NCBI RefSeq assembly: GCF_021869535.1
Contig: NW_026262690.1
Span: 15,996,001 to 16,060,000, forward strand
DNA from: Mytilus californianus
Lineage: Eukaryota
DNA: 64,000 nucleotides
Direction of reading: 5' to 3'
The position numbers and the translations under genes were made by a program. This document shows positions 26,735 to 39,605 of this stretch, piece after piece; within the stretch, counting starts at the first letter, position 1, and every line of letters begins with the position of its first letter. The notes under the pieces are model-generated. The model was not told the origin of the DNA. It was given only the letters and a program-made list of their open reading frames with translations, and did no database searches.

Positions 26735-28135
26735 TAAGAAGATGTGGTATGATTGCCAATGAGACAACTCTCCACAAGAGACCAAATATCACAGAAATTA
26801 ACAACTATAGGTCACTGTACGGCCTTCAATAATGAGTAAAACCCATACCGCATAGTCAGGTATAAAAGGCCCCGAAATGACTAATGTAAAATAATTCAAA
26901 CGAGAAAACTAACAGCCTGATTTATGTACAAAATAATGAACGAAAAACAAATATGATATACATCATAAAAAGACAACCACTGAATTACAGGCTCCTGACT
27001 TAGGACAGGCACAAACAGAATGTGGCGGGGTTAAACTAGTTTGAAGGCGCCAATCCCCTTCCCCCTTAACCTTAGGGAGTGGTGTAACAGTACAACATAA
27101 GAACAAACTATAGAAATCAGTTGAAAAGGGCTTAACTCATCAAATAGATACAAAGCAGAAATACATCTAACAAAAACACAGAGTGGACGTGGCAGAGTAC
27201 TTATACATCCCAACAACAAAAAGACAATAAGTACAGATCTGAGAGTACTCGCAGTTACTGACAGCTAGTTCCAGGCCAATAGCAACTAATAAAAAAAACA
27301 TGCATCTAAGACTGAAATATCAATCAGTACAAACCCTACATCCAATGGATTTAGTGTAAAGACGTCATTAACAGTCAGAGAAAACATGTGCCTTGTGCAA
27401 TGCCAAGATACAGGTATCGACAAATTGTAGAGCTATGAATGTGCATATGTATATATAGATTCTTACATTGATACCAGTGGATTATCGGATTTATCCAATC
27501 GAGAGAGTTAAATTATCAGTTTAAAAGTCCGAGCCTCGGCGAGGACTTTAAAATTTATAATTTAACTATCGAGATTGGATAAATCCGATAATTCACCAGT
27601 AACTATGTAAGGATCTGTTTCTCTAATGAATAAAAAATAAATTTTCTTTTTTTGTTAAACGAAAATCCCCTTCGAGTGCCTTTCACATTCCACGAAGTTG
27701 TCAATTTCATTAACACCTGTTAGCATATTTTGATTCATCCAGTTAGTTAAAAAGGTTATGACCCTTAAAATCATCCAATGATCTTTTGAGATCACCGGCA
27801 ACCACACGTTAATTAAATTATTTTATACAATGGGTTCGGAAAGGGATAAATTTCCATTGAATTAGAGAAATAAAAATAATATTAGTTTGATTTTAATTTA
27901 CTGATAACAAAATCAATATTAGTACCAATAAAAACAGTATTCAAAGATCAGACATTATCTAATTATAGTGTTGAATTGGTAACCTTTTAGAATAATTTTG
28001 TTTAAAAGGATCGATAAGTTTACCCAGATCGTATCTAAATTTCCGGGATCGGTAAACAACATCTCCGTAAAAATTAGGATGTGCTATCCCGTTTGAAATA
28101 GTTTTTTTTAAGTTATATACAGGTACAAATGCATG
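26735..28135 (-). mobile_element. Naiad PLE subfamily 2, near-identical inverted partner of 24688-25825, with intact terminal hairpin; interrupted by HINE 27457-27870
   Basis: ORF 27031-27219 is nearly identical to 25392-25649. Terminal aagaagatgtggtatgattgccaatgagacaactctccac; SECIS-like hairpin at 27310-27376; RT C-terminus at 27871-28135. Confidence 0.88.
27457..27870. mobile_element. HINE-like (Helentron-associated) non-autonomous element
   Basis: 160-bp terminal palindrome (27457-27616) followed by short inverted repeats tttctctaat (27618) and attagagaaa (27861). Removing it restores the host Naiad sequence seen at ~25140-25170. Confidence 0.7.
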
Positions 28136-29553
28136 CACCAGCAGTAAATCATATTTAACAATATATATGTAAAATGTAAAATGTATATAAGAAAAAAACA
28201 GTAGCAGAAAGCAAAGATTGATGTATCATTGTACTGTCGTCAGTATTCAATTGATTCTAGTAAAAAGTCTTTAAAATTCTACGTGATTCTTTTTTAGGAG
28301 CAATCTCCAAAATATATCTACTCGAGAAGCCTCTTCTATGAACCAACCATATACACAACCTGGTGTGTTAACCAAATTAACACTAAACAGATCAGATTTT
28401 AAATTGCCGCTTCTGTGCCTCTGCGTTTAGTGTGCATGAATAACATTAAGCACCGTCTCTCACTTTATGATATGCAGGAAACTTTATAGTAATTTTACCT
28501 AAAAAAAGAAGTAAAAAAAGTTAAACAAGTGCTTTTAAACAAACCTCACGACCATTTTTCAACCCAGTCAAGCATCGATATTAGACTATTAGTCGATGGA
28601 GAAGTTTTCCAACAATCACTGGAATAATAAAAGTTACATAAAAGAATATATAATAAATACCATTACAGGCAAATCACTGAATTTTTAAAGTTCAGTATAA
28701 CATACACAAAAACACTAGCAAAAACAAAACAGCAGTGCACATTACAGTATAACAAAATGCTCGCAATTACTGAAAGTTATATAGCTCCAAAATAATGATA
28801 TAATTATGCCGACCTACATTTACATGTTTATTGCAATACAATATCATGTTCATGTTCTAACAGTAAATTAGAAAATAAAATGTAAAAGTTTAATGAATAC
28901 ACCATTAGACTAATCAATGATCAAGCCTCCAGAGGTGTGTTTAATTACGACTTTATGTGGAAATCAATCACCAGACAACGTGATAACTTGATTTAGAGTT
29001 GATTGATTTCAAACGTTCAATTTCTTACATACTATTAATATTTTCCTTATGCATCTTAGTTGCAAACAAAAAATAAGTCTGATATACAGAAGAGAGGCAG
29101 AATAAGTTGACTAGTAGCTATGTTACACTGAATAAAAAAAAATAAACTCTTTATAAAACCCGATATAGGAATGAATAGCGTTTAATTATCTCTAAAATGT
29201 TTTTCAGGATTAAAGTTTCTCTGGCAGATTCAAGGCCAAGTGTTTTAAAAATCAGTTATTCATGACACATTTGGATTATTAAATCCCAAAAGGACCAAAT
29301 CTAATGCAATAAAACATCCCAAGGCTAATTGGAATTAACACATTGTGTCACTTTTATATTTTACTGAGAGGTTTGAAAACCAATTGTTAGTTTTAAAAGC
29401 AACAAAGTAGTTTATTGGATTTTGACTTTAACACTAAATTTTCACGTAACATCTTCAGCTGCGAAGTTTAATTAGATTCTATGCCACTGATTTGTAATCT
29501 ATGTCACTGACTGTATCCCTGAGATTAATAAAGGATAGGCTCCAGTTCAAATT

Positions 29554-29928
29554 TTAGATTATAAAAGTAACACTCTGTATAATTCGTATGATTTCACTAC
29601 CAATGTGATCTCTAGAGGTCTGGACACATTTTTTGTCACTATAATTTCTAGTTATTTCAGTCGTAATCTCTTTCTCCGATAACTTGATACCAATGCTTTC
29701 ATTCAAAGAATCTACACGAGACACTAAATAAAATAAGGTTAAACTAATGACATTATAATCTTCTTCTTTGAAATTAGTTTTGTAGCAATCTTCTTTATGA
29801 ATTAATAAAAGATTTTCATTTTTTGTCTTTAAAATTGATTTAGTGGCAATCCTCTTCCATGCAATCTTCTTATCAAACGTGTTTGAAATAAAGATAGGAG
29901 GGCATAGACATGCAAGTCTTCGTTTCAA
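29554..29928 (-). CDS. Possible coding exon of an unidentified gene
   Basis: 124-codon non-repetitive ORF in AT-rich DNA with plausible acceptor/donor sites. A possible 18-nt mini-exon lies near 29980-29997 and an ATG-containing exon at 31095-31280. No family recognised. Confidence 0.25.
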   Translation of the reverse strand: MKRRLACLCPPIFISNTFDKKIAWKRIATKSILKTKNENLLLIHKEDCYKTNFKEEDYNVISLTLFYLVSRVDSLNESIGIKLSEKEITTEITRNYSDKKCVQTSRDHIGSEIIRIIQSVTFII

Positions 29929-30049
29929 TGAAATATCAAATTAAAACATAGTATTACCTATGCAGCGAATTTCTTTACCTGTTTTCGTGAGGAATGCTTA
30001 AAACAAAATGTTTGGAAACCAAAATGTATAATTGCAACGTGAACTACAA

Positions 30050-31062
30050 TGACTTTAATCAAGAGAGACAAACCAGAATAAATTAAACTGTCAAAGATCA
30101 TCCTTATAATTCAATCAATTTTCAAGTTATCATAATGTACATATTGTACGAGATAAACACTGCTAATACCTAAACTCTATATAATCGAGTTCCATTAAGA
30201 GGCGGAATATATCAAATAAGAAAATCAATCTAGGTCTCACTTTTCCCTACATAAAGGTGTACAACTCAACAACGATAAAAGCTTAAATCGTGAAAATCGA
30301 ACTTGACCTTCATTTAGTCACAGGAAACAACATATCTAAATTTGAAAAGATTTCGTCAAAGCGTTATCAATTTATTGCACGGACAACGCTCTAAGTAACA
30401 CTTCTTGCTACTGAAAGGTCTACAACTCAACAATGATAAAAGCAAAAATCATGAAAATTGAACTTGACCTTCATTTAGTCACAAGAAACAACATATCTAA
30501 ATTTGAAAAGATTTCGTCAAAGCATTTTCAAGTTAATTAACGGACACTGTTTGGCAGCCGCCCGCCCGCCCGCCCGCCGTACATGCCCAAATCAATAACC
30601 AATTTTTCCTTCGGAAATCCGGTAAAGCTGTCAGAATGGCAGTAAACCGGATTTTTTAACATTTATTTGTGTCCTGGCATTTTTCAATATCACAAGGACC
30701 ACAACTCTTGAACGGTAAAAGTGACAATCATCAATATTAAACTTGACCTCCATTTTGTCATCAGTAACAACATATTAAAATTGAAAAGCTTTGGTGAACG
30801 GTCCATGAGTTAAAGCACGGACACGACTGGAAACACCATTTTTCAATCTTTCAAGAACCACAACTCCTGAACAGTGAAAGTGAAAATCGTCAATATCAAA
30901 CTTGACCTCCATTTTGTAATCAGTAACAACATATTAAAATTTTAAATGCTTTGGTTGAACGGTCCATGAATTAATGCACGGACACTGTTTGGCAGCCGCC
31001 CGCCCGCCCACCGTACATCCCAAAATCAATAACCGATTTTTCCTTCGGAAAACCGGTTAAAA
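30050..31062 (+). mobile_element. Two tandem pearl/HINE-like elements with internal cttgacct-containing repeats, (CCGC)n microsatellite and 3' palindrome
   Basis: Repeated aacttgacct(t/c)catt...aacaacatat units; ggcagccgcccgcccgcc then cccaaatcaataacc.atttttccttcggaaa.ccggt at ~30555-30625 and ~30990-31060. Confidence 0.7.
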
Positions 31063-33059
31063 AACAAGCTATTATGTATATCCATCATAGCTGATCAATC
31101 ACTTACAATATTATAAAAAATTACCCCTTTTGCTTCGTACGTTTGTTTTCTTTTTGAAGAACCGATCTCTTGCTGTCTGTCGGGGGAATGTTGGTTAGCT
31201 CTTGTTACATATATATATATACTATAGTTCAACAAGCTATGTGTAATTTGTAGTGTTGAAGTGGTTTTTGATTCAGCCATGCTGGATCTATGCGATCACT
31301 CTGGTTTTGGAGATAGTGCAGATTACTAAGTTGAAGACATATCATGAAACTAATTATATGTTTTTATGACTTGCAGAAACTTTTTACACCATTTTAATCA
31401 TCAACTGCAAACTTTTGACATGTTATTTGCCCTTAAATTAAGAAAAGATTGGTCGAATAGTGACTTTAATTTAGATATACACTTGCATATAGTTCCTTTC
31501 TAAATCTAAGTATATGTTGATTTACTTTTTATGAATTAATTTGAAAAAGTATTTGTATATCAATTGAATCAGTTGATAAGAATTTTGAAAGTATTATATT
31601 AGTATATTGTGCTTGTGTAAATTATTGTTCAATGAAATATAGGTCAACATGTGTATTAATATATCTAAGTTGATTCCCACACTTTTTTGAAATGGTATTA
31701 CTCCAATTATGTCCATAGTAAGAGTCAAAATGATTATTAACTGTCATGATTTTCAAATAAGTATTAATTAGAAACAACCCAGGCTTAATTCAAAACAGTT
31801 AATATCTCACGACCTCTTACATGTACATGATTAAATAGACACAATTTATTACACACCTAACTGAATACACACATTCTTGACCTCAATAGTAAACCTACAA
31901 ATGTGTTATTTATTTTGATCTACACTACATTAAAATATTCTGTTAATTTTGCTAGCTAGCTGAATGATTAATCTGATGTGTTTTTTTTCAAAGAAAATAC
32001 TTAAAATGAAAAAAATATGTAAAAAAATGCAAACAAATTTTATTTTACTTGTAAAATCAGTGCCATTATCATCTGACATAAGTCAATAATCAAGTTCTAA
32101 TTAATAAGTTACAATTATCAGAAATTTGGTTGAAATATAAACAAAATTGCATAACTCTCATCTGAGCCTTTTCTGCAATAAAATGTATTTGTTTGTTTTA
32201 CATTTGTATCCCATTATATTGCTATTTAACAGTAATTGGAAATATCTTAGCATTAGGTTTTTGTACATTCAGATTTGAATATTAATACAGGAAATGTATT
32301 TTTTCTTAATTTTAATTTTTGTTGTTGAGAAAGTGCATTTATAAGGCCTCTTTCTGGAAATTATTAAACCTGTTATTATTTGTGACATATAAAATATATT
32401 AATAATTATTGTTTGACGATTTTCCTTTCCATTCTTGTCAAAAATAAAATCTGACAGAGTCTAAAATTGAAAGATCAGTATATATATCTATATTTGCATC
32501 AATATTGTGAAATTCCCTACCTTTGGACAATAACAAGAAATTTTACAGTAAGATTGGAAATGAAAGGAGAACAAATTTAGAAAAAAGTATGGTCAGAAAG
32601 AATATCAGACTAGCTATGAATTTGGCTGGACCACAACATCAACGATGCTTTGATTTTTTATATTATCATGGAAAATATATTTCAAAACCATACACAAAAT
32701 AAAAAGACTATATATCAATTGTAACGTTCCTCGTATATGTAACTACGCCATTGATGTACTGTGGAATCATTTATTTGTAGTAATCTTGACAAGTCCTTAC
32801 AAAGAGATTAAAACGATATGACAACATATTTGTATTCATTTTTAATTGTGTTTCATTCTGCTTTCTATGGGATGTTTCATTCAAAATATAGCACGATATT
32901 AGTCTCCAATCATCTTTATAAATCTTATCTTTGTTGTATTATGACTGGGGTTATGGCGTAATTCGAAAATATACACTGGTTATCAAGAACATCACTGTTG
33001 TGTCTTAGAAACGTATTTTCCTCCCTTCAATTTTGCCGTACACCTTGTATTTAATATTT

Positions 33060-33125
33060 TTCGTCTTGACTTTGCATGAAATATTTGTCACTGAACGTTA
33101 AGCAAGTAACAAGCAACCAATCAAT
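33060..33125 (+). mobile_element. SINE-like 3' tail fragment (related pieces at ~21000-21035, ~26392-26420 minus, ~62610-62672)
   Basis: Shared tgcatga.atatttgtcactg(g/a)acgttaagca...caatcaatc motif at four dispersed sites. Confidence 0.45.
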
Positions 33126-33164
33126 ATTAAAAAAGATAACTTAAAATACTGACAATAAGCAAGT

Positions 33165-34135
33165 ATCGATAATCAATGTTTTTATGTAGTTTGGGTTATT
33201 ATGACAATAAACAAGTAACGATAATCAATGTTTTTATGTAGTTTGGGTTAATATGACAATAAACAAGTAACGATAATCAATGTTTTATGTAGCTTGGGTT
33301 ATTATGACAATAAACAAGTAACGATAATCAATGTTTTTATGTGGTTTGGGTTATTATGACAATAAACAGGTAACGATAATCAATGTTTTTATGTGGTTTG
33401 GGTTATTATGACAATAAACAAGTAACGATAATCAATGTTTTTATGTCGTTTGGGTTATTATGACAATAAACAAGTAACGATAATCAATGTTTTTATGTCG
33501 TTTGGGTTATTATGACAATAAACAAGTAACGATAATCAATGTTTTTATGTGGTTTGGGTTACTATGACAATAAACAAGTAACGATAATCAATGTTTTTAT
33601 GTAGTTTGGGTTATTATGGCAATAAACAAGTAACGATAATCAATGTTTTATGTAGTTTGGGTTATTATGACAATAAACAAGTAACGATAATCAATGTTTT
33701 TATGTAGTTTGGGTTATTATGACAATAAACAAGTAACGATAATCAATGTTTTATGTAGTTTGGGTTATTATGACAATAAACAAGTAACGATAATCAATGT
33801 TTTTATGTAGTTTGGGTGATTATGACAATAAACAAGTATCGATAATCAATGTTTTTATGTAGTTTGGGTTATTATGACAATAAACAAGTATCGATAATCA
33901 ATATTTTTATGTAGTTTGGGTTATTATGACAATAAACAAGTAACGATAATCAATGTTTTATGTAGTTTGGGTTATTATGACAATAAACAAGTAACGATAA
34001 TCAATGTTTTTATGTAGTTTGAGTTATTATGACAATAAACAAGTAACGATAATCAATGTTTTTATGTCGTTTGGGTTATTATGACAATAAAAAAGTATCG
34101 ATAATCAATGTTTTTATGTAGTTTGGGTTATTATT
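33165..34135. repeat. 52-bp minisatellite, ~19 highly homogeneous units
   Basis: Consensus ataaacaagtaacgataatcaatgtttttatgtagtttgggttattatgaca. Confidence 0.97.
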
Positions 34136-35957
34136 CATTTGATCATTAGTTACAAGTGGTTTAAAGATGACATATCTCAAGAGGCACATGGTAAAACCCA
34201 CCTTATGTGGAAAATGTACAACATTTAAAAGTACTAGTATTGAAATAAATATCAATAACCATATAAATTAAGCAGTTGAATGTATAAAATTGTTCTACTT
34301 TCATCCACGTTGACCATAGAAGATGAGTTTGGAAATACTTGTATATATCTTCCCTTGTATTTTATTTTTTATGTCTATAATTTCTCAATGTTTGTTTTTA
34401 AGTTTTTCTGGTAAAGGAACATTTAAAAGAAATCGAATGCAGCAAAGCGATATATTTTCTTCTTTTCCTTTCTTGTTCCTTTGTATATTATATCTTCTGT
34501 CTTGAATAAAAAGCATATATTAAGGTAAGAACTTGTAAAATAAAAATAAATCTACATTTCACAAGAAAAAAGGGCTTGTAAATTTGATTTAGACTTTATA
34601 AATCGCCACTATTCTGTGCTTTTACTTTATTAAGGCTCCTATTGTCAGTAGTATTTTCCTGAATGATAGTTAGAGCATTGTCTGGATACATATGCATTTG
34701 GTTCAAGAAAATGTTGGGGTGCTGGTAAATGACGCATTAACTCAACTATAAATACAAACAAACGATATTTAGAGTTCAGAATGTATTGATTTTAAAATTT
34801 ATTTCAAATACAAATCTTAAAATGTCAAAGTCAAGATACCACAGGAGATCCTTTTGCATTTTTTCCTAAATCAAATCATCAACTGTACTTGTGGTGCTGT
34901 TATAAAGGCACATTTGATTGGCAGTCCGTATCATTCTACTTTCCGACGATAAAGTGCTTTACATATTAATATCGTTATTTACCCATTATCGAAAATCGTT
35001 GTTGATTACTTTATTTTGAATTGTAAAGGTCTTATTTTTGCGTGCATATGTTGGTGGATTGCTGATAAATTCACGATTTAGCCACAACGAATTGCATTTT
35101 TGGATAACAATTTTGAGAAAAAACAATTACAATTCACCCTCAAAAATTTTATCGAACTCTTTTTCTTATATTGCTCTCTTACAAATTAAGCTTACTGTTT
35201 GTGCCATATATGGATATGTATGTTTTTAGTATCTTTAATAGATTTGATTTCCAGTAGTAAGAATAGTGAAATATAAGTTCTTTTTGGTCTATCAATGGCA
35301 ATAATCTGCATTTAGTTGCTATAAGATATTGCAAAAAAGAGTGCAAAGGTGTCACATATGTCCCTAAAATTTGGCCAAAAATATAAATTCAATTCCTTGG
35401 AATGATATCTTTTTTGAAACTATTTACAAGAAGCTATCACGAGATCAAATTAAAATCATATGTCTTTAGTCTCATTTTTTTCGTAAAACTGCATCGAAAA
35501 GATCGTTTGAAAATGTTTTTGTAAATATTACAATAAGTTCTGGATCTGTGGTCGGAATGGATATGAAAATGCGGAATGTTATCAAGAAAATAGTCCATAA
35601 AACATATACGAAAAAATCTCGATGGTCATGAAAACTCACTTTGAAGGCGATTTTCTTCTTCAGCTATCTAAAAATCACTTTTATTATACAATAATTTTCA
35701 TATTTGAAAAATCTACCTTGGCCAAAATGCGATACCACTCTCCTACCTGTGTCAGTATTGCTATCTTAGCCTTAATAGTATTATTTAGATACTAAACTTC
35801 TTCTCTCTGTATAACCTTCCTTTATAAGGAACATCAAGGATAAGTAGAATATGTATCTATGTACACGGTAAAGGTGTTTTCACTCGATAAAAGGTAAACT
35901 CCAGTTAATATATACACTTCCTTATATACACCGGCACACAAAATTAGATATATATAT

Positions 35958-36485
35958 TTATCTTACCTCCTATACATTTCTAGGAATATGATTGGTTAAA
36001 AACTCAGCGTGGAGACCGTGTATATTCCATATTAGGTTAGTAGGGAGGCGGGGCTTATTTCAATACACGGTTAGTAGTGGTGTTACGTCCCTTTATAAAA
36101 ACAAAACGGTACTGAGAAAAAATCTTAAAGGTTTCAACAAACGAAGAAATTGATGATTAAGATTGAAATAAATTCATAAAACACATTTAAAGCTAACAAG
36201 CTCTTATTGTTGGCATCTGTTTTTGTATGATCAATGGAAGTAGTTTCGTAATGCTAACGGTATTGAATTCAGACTTGCTCATTTTGATAGGTTACTAGTC
36301 TAAATATCACACGGTTAAGATAGTCGGTAAGATAAATTCGTTACATACTTGTGCCAGTGACGTAATACGGTATATAGGGGGTCAGTAAATTCCATATGGG
36401 GATTCGAGCTTCGCTCTCACCCCATATGGAATTTACTGACCCCATATATACCGTATTAGGTCAATAGCACACTATGTAACTAATA
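35958..36485 (+). mobile_element. HINE-like element, copy A
   Basis: 5' ttatcttacc, inverted internal ggtaagataa (~36327), then a ~130-bp 3' palindrome ending gtaactaata; no TSD. Confidence 0.8.
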
Positions 36486-38680
36486 AGATCCTACTTATGT
36501 TAAAAGTTACCGTGGGATAACAGTTACTTCAGTCTTAGGAAAGGTATTTAAAAACTGCATCTTACCAAAACTTAGTATGGCAAATATAAATGAACTTCAA
36601 TTTGGCTTTACAAAAGAACTAAACCCTCTAATCTCAAGTTTTATAACAACAGAATCAAAATATGATCAAGCAAGGAAAAGCAGTGAATTCTACACGAGAT
36701 TTCTTGATGTTCAATCAGCATTTGATGTTGTACAACATGACATTATTTTTGATAAGGTATTAGATTGCAAAATCCCTCCTGTTTTGTGGCTTGTTATCAA
36801 AGATTTATACATCAGCTTGAGTTCAAAAGTTAAATGGCAAGATCAGAAGACATCAGCGAACGTTTTCCGGCGCTCCAAGGTGTGTGACAAGGAGGAATCT
36901 TATCTACTCATGTGTACAAAATCTTTGTTCAAGATCTTCTGGAATTGGAAAAAAGTTCTCTGGGCTACAACCTGGGAAACATATATGTTGGAACACCAAC
37001 CTGTGCTGATGATATGGTCTTCATTTAATCAAACACTGTACGATACACCAGTAACAAATTCAAAGGAAACAACTCATTTAGGTATATCAAGAAGCTGAAA
37101 AAAGAAGGAGAAATTAATGTAGCCAATCGCTTAAAAGATGCAAGAAGAACCTTATATGCATTGATGTGAAGTGGGGGTGATCGGGACAAATGGATTCGAC
37201 CCATTAACATCTTACAAAATTTACACCTATGTTCTGCCACGATTGCTACACGGATTGGAAGTTATTCCTCTAAACAAAACAAACATCTCACAGCTAGAAG
37301 CATTCCATAGAAAAACCTTGACACATCTTCAATCATTACCTCAGCAGACGGCTATAGCAGCAATATACCTTATGATCGGCATACTCTCAATTGAAGATGT
37401 ATTACTTAAAAAGCAGTTATCTTTCCTCTATAACCAAAACTTTACGACAAAAGAGATGATTTCAGCTTTCCAATAGTGAACTTCCCTTTCTATGTAGCAA
37501 CATTCCAGCAGCACCTGCACACGGAGTAAATGTCTCCCAGCTGATACGATATTCAAGGGCTTGTATTTCCTATCATGATTTCCTTGATAGAGGGTTGCTG
37601 CTTACAAGGAAGCTATTAAACCATGAGTTCCAAGTGGTGAAGTTGAAATCGTCCCTTTGTAAATTTTACGGACTATAAAACTATAAAAATCAGTCGAAAA
37701 AGGCTTAACTGATTTATCCATCCCTCATCCCTAACAACAAAAAGGACACTAAGTACAGATCTGAGGGTACTCGCAGTTACTGACAGCTAGTCAATAACCA
37801 CTAATAAAAAATCATGTATCTAAGACTTTGTCACTTTATTTTTGACTTGTGAGTTTTAATGTCCCTATTGTATCTTTCGCCTCTTTTTCTATTAACTTCC
37901 AAAACTCCAGAAAGTAAAAGACATTATCATCAGGCAAATGTCTGTTAATTTTGAGAACCACTACAGTTTTTTTTCTCAACAATTAGAGAGGTTTTTGCAA
38001 AAAACGGGTTGCCACCATTCCACCAATTACACGAGACTATACCTTTAAAAACAAGTTGGAAATTTATGGTAACAAAGAGTTTATAAAAACCATTGGTACA
38101 ACACGTTATTGGATCGCTGAATCGAAAACAACCCTTAAACACTTCGTTATGGAAATAAATCATACCGTTTGAAATATCCACGACAAAACAAAAGTTGACA
38201 TACGAAAAGCCAATATAAAAACCAGAATCTTATCAGGAACATTCAGCCTTAACTCTGATAGAGCTAAATTCAATCGGTCTCCAACATCATTATGCCAGCT
38301 ATGTCGTCTTTCCGACGAAGATATTACTCATTTTCGTCTAAACTGTCCACTTTTAGCGTAAACTTACACAACTTATTTCCAACCGATTAAGATGGAATAA
38401 TACAAAACACTGTTGCCAAAACCTGGCATGGATTATTCAACAAACAAATTGGACATACTCAGGCTTATTATTGACTGTAGACACTTTACTCATCTTTTCA
38501 TTGACATCAATCTGATGGATACAATCGAAGCATTTACTAGGAAACTCTGCAACAGGCTTCACCTCAAACGTTTGAAAATGCTGGAGGCAATGGTTGGTTG
38601 GCGGTCTAAAGCAAATATTGTTAGACCAACAGATAAAAGCGGAAGACATTTGAAATTTATGCACCGTACTCTGTGTGTAT
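36486..38680 (+). mobile_element. Non-LTR retrotransposon (LINE) RT plus C-terminal CCHC knuckle, degraded; inverted 3' portion
   Basis: DPTYVKSYRGITVTSVLGK, LQFGFTK, FLDVQSAFDVVQH, PTCADD-region remnant, LPRLLHGLE; CQLCRLSDEDITHFRLNCP (C-x2-C-x8-H-x4-C) at 38293-38346. Clade not resolved. Confidence 0.88.
37436..37888 (+). mobile_element. Naiad PLE subfamily 3 fragment nested in the LINE, containing an inverted subfamily 2 piece (~37680-37826)
   Basis: KLYDKRDDFSFPIVNF...NIPAAPAHGV..SQLIRYSRAC...KLKSSLCKFYG; terminal tgagttttaatgtccctattgtatctttcgcctcttttt, as at 42970-43007. Confidence 0.8.
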
Positions 38681-39133
38681 TATTAGTTACATAGTGTGCT
38701 AGTGACCTAATACGGTATATATGGGGTCAGTAAATTCCATATGGGGTGAGAGCGAAGCACACTATGTAACAAATTTATCTTACCGACTATCTTAACGTGT
38801 GATATTTAGACTACTGAGTAACCTATCAAAATGAGCAAGTCTGAATTCAATACCATTGATCATACAAAAACAGATGCCAACAATAACAACTTGTTAGCTT
38901 TAAATGTGTTTTATGAATTTATTTCAATCTTAATCATTAATTTCTTCGTTTGTTGAAACCTTTAAGATTTTTTCTCAGTACCGTTTTGTTTGTATAAAGG
39001 GACGTAACACCACTACTAACCGTGTATTGAAATAAGCCCCGCCTCCCTACTAACCTAATATGGAATATACACGGTCTCCACGCTGACGCTTTTAACCAAT
39101 CATATTCCTAGAAATGTATAGGAGGTAAGATAA
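38681..39133 (-). mobile_element. HINE-like element, copy B (inverted relative to A; palindrome partly deleted)
   Basis: Reverse complement of 35958-36485. Confidence 0.8.
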
Positions 39134-39605
39134 TATTAGTTACATAGTGTGCTAGTGACCTAATACGGTATATATGGAGTTTACTGACCCCATATATACC
39201 GTATTACGCCACTAGCACACTATGTAACGAATTTATCTTACCGACTATCTAAACGTGTGAAATTAAGACTAGTGACCTATCAAAATGATCAAGTCTTCAA
39301 TACCGTTAGCATTAAGAAACTACTTCCATTGATCCTACAAAAACAGATGCCAACAATAACAACTTGTTAGGTTTAAATGTGTTTTATGAATTTATTTCAC
39401 TCTTTCATCATCGATTTCTTCGTCTGTTGAAACCTTTAAGATTTTTTCTCAGTACCGTTTTGTTTTTATAAAGGGACGTACCACCACTACTAACCGTGTA
39501 TGAAATAAGCCCGCCTCCCTACTAACCTAATATGGGATATACACGGTCTCCACGCGGACGCTTTTAACCAATCATATTCCTAGAAATGTATAGGAGGTAA
39601 GATAA
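39134..39605 (-). mobile_element. HINE-like element, copy C (head-to-tail tandem with B)
   Basis: Junction ggtaagataa|tattagttac at 39133/39134; more diverged from A than B is. Confidence 0.8.

Noticed and set aside
33165-34135. Regular repeats as a CRISPR array (also 56830-59375)
   Set aside because: Units are contiguous with no unique spacers, the context is eukaryotic, and there are no cas genes.
34140-34215. TYLKRHMVK...CGK resembling a zinc-finger remnant
   Set aside because: Too short, with no complete finger.
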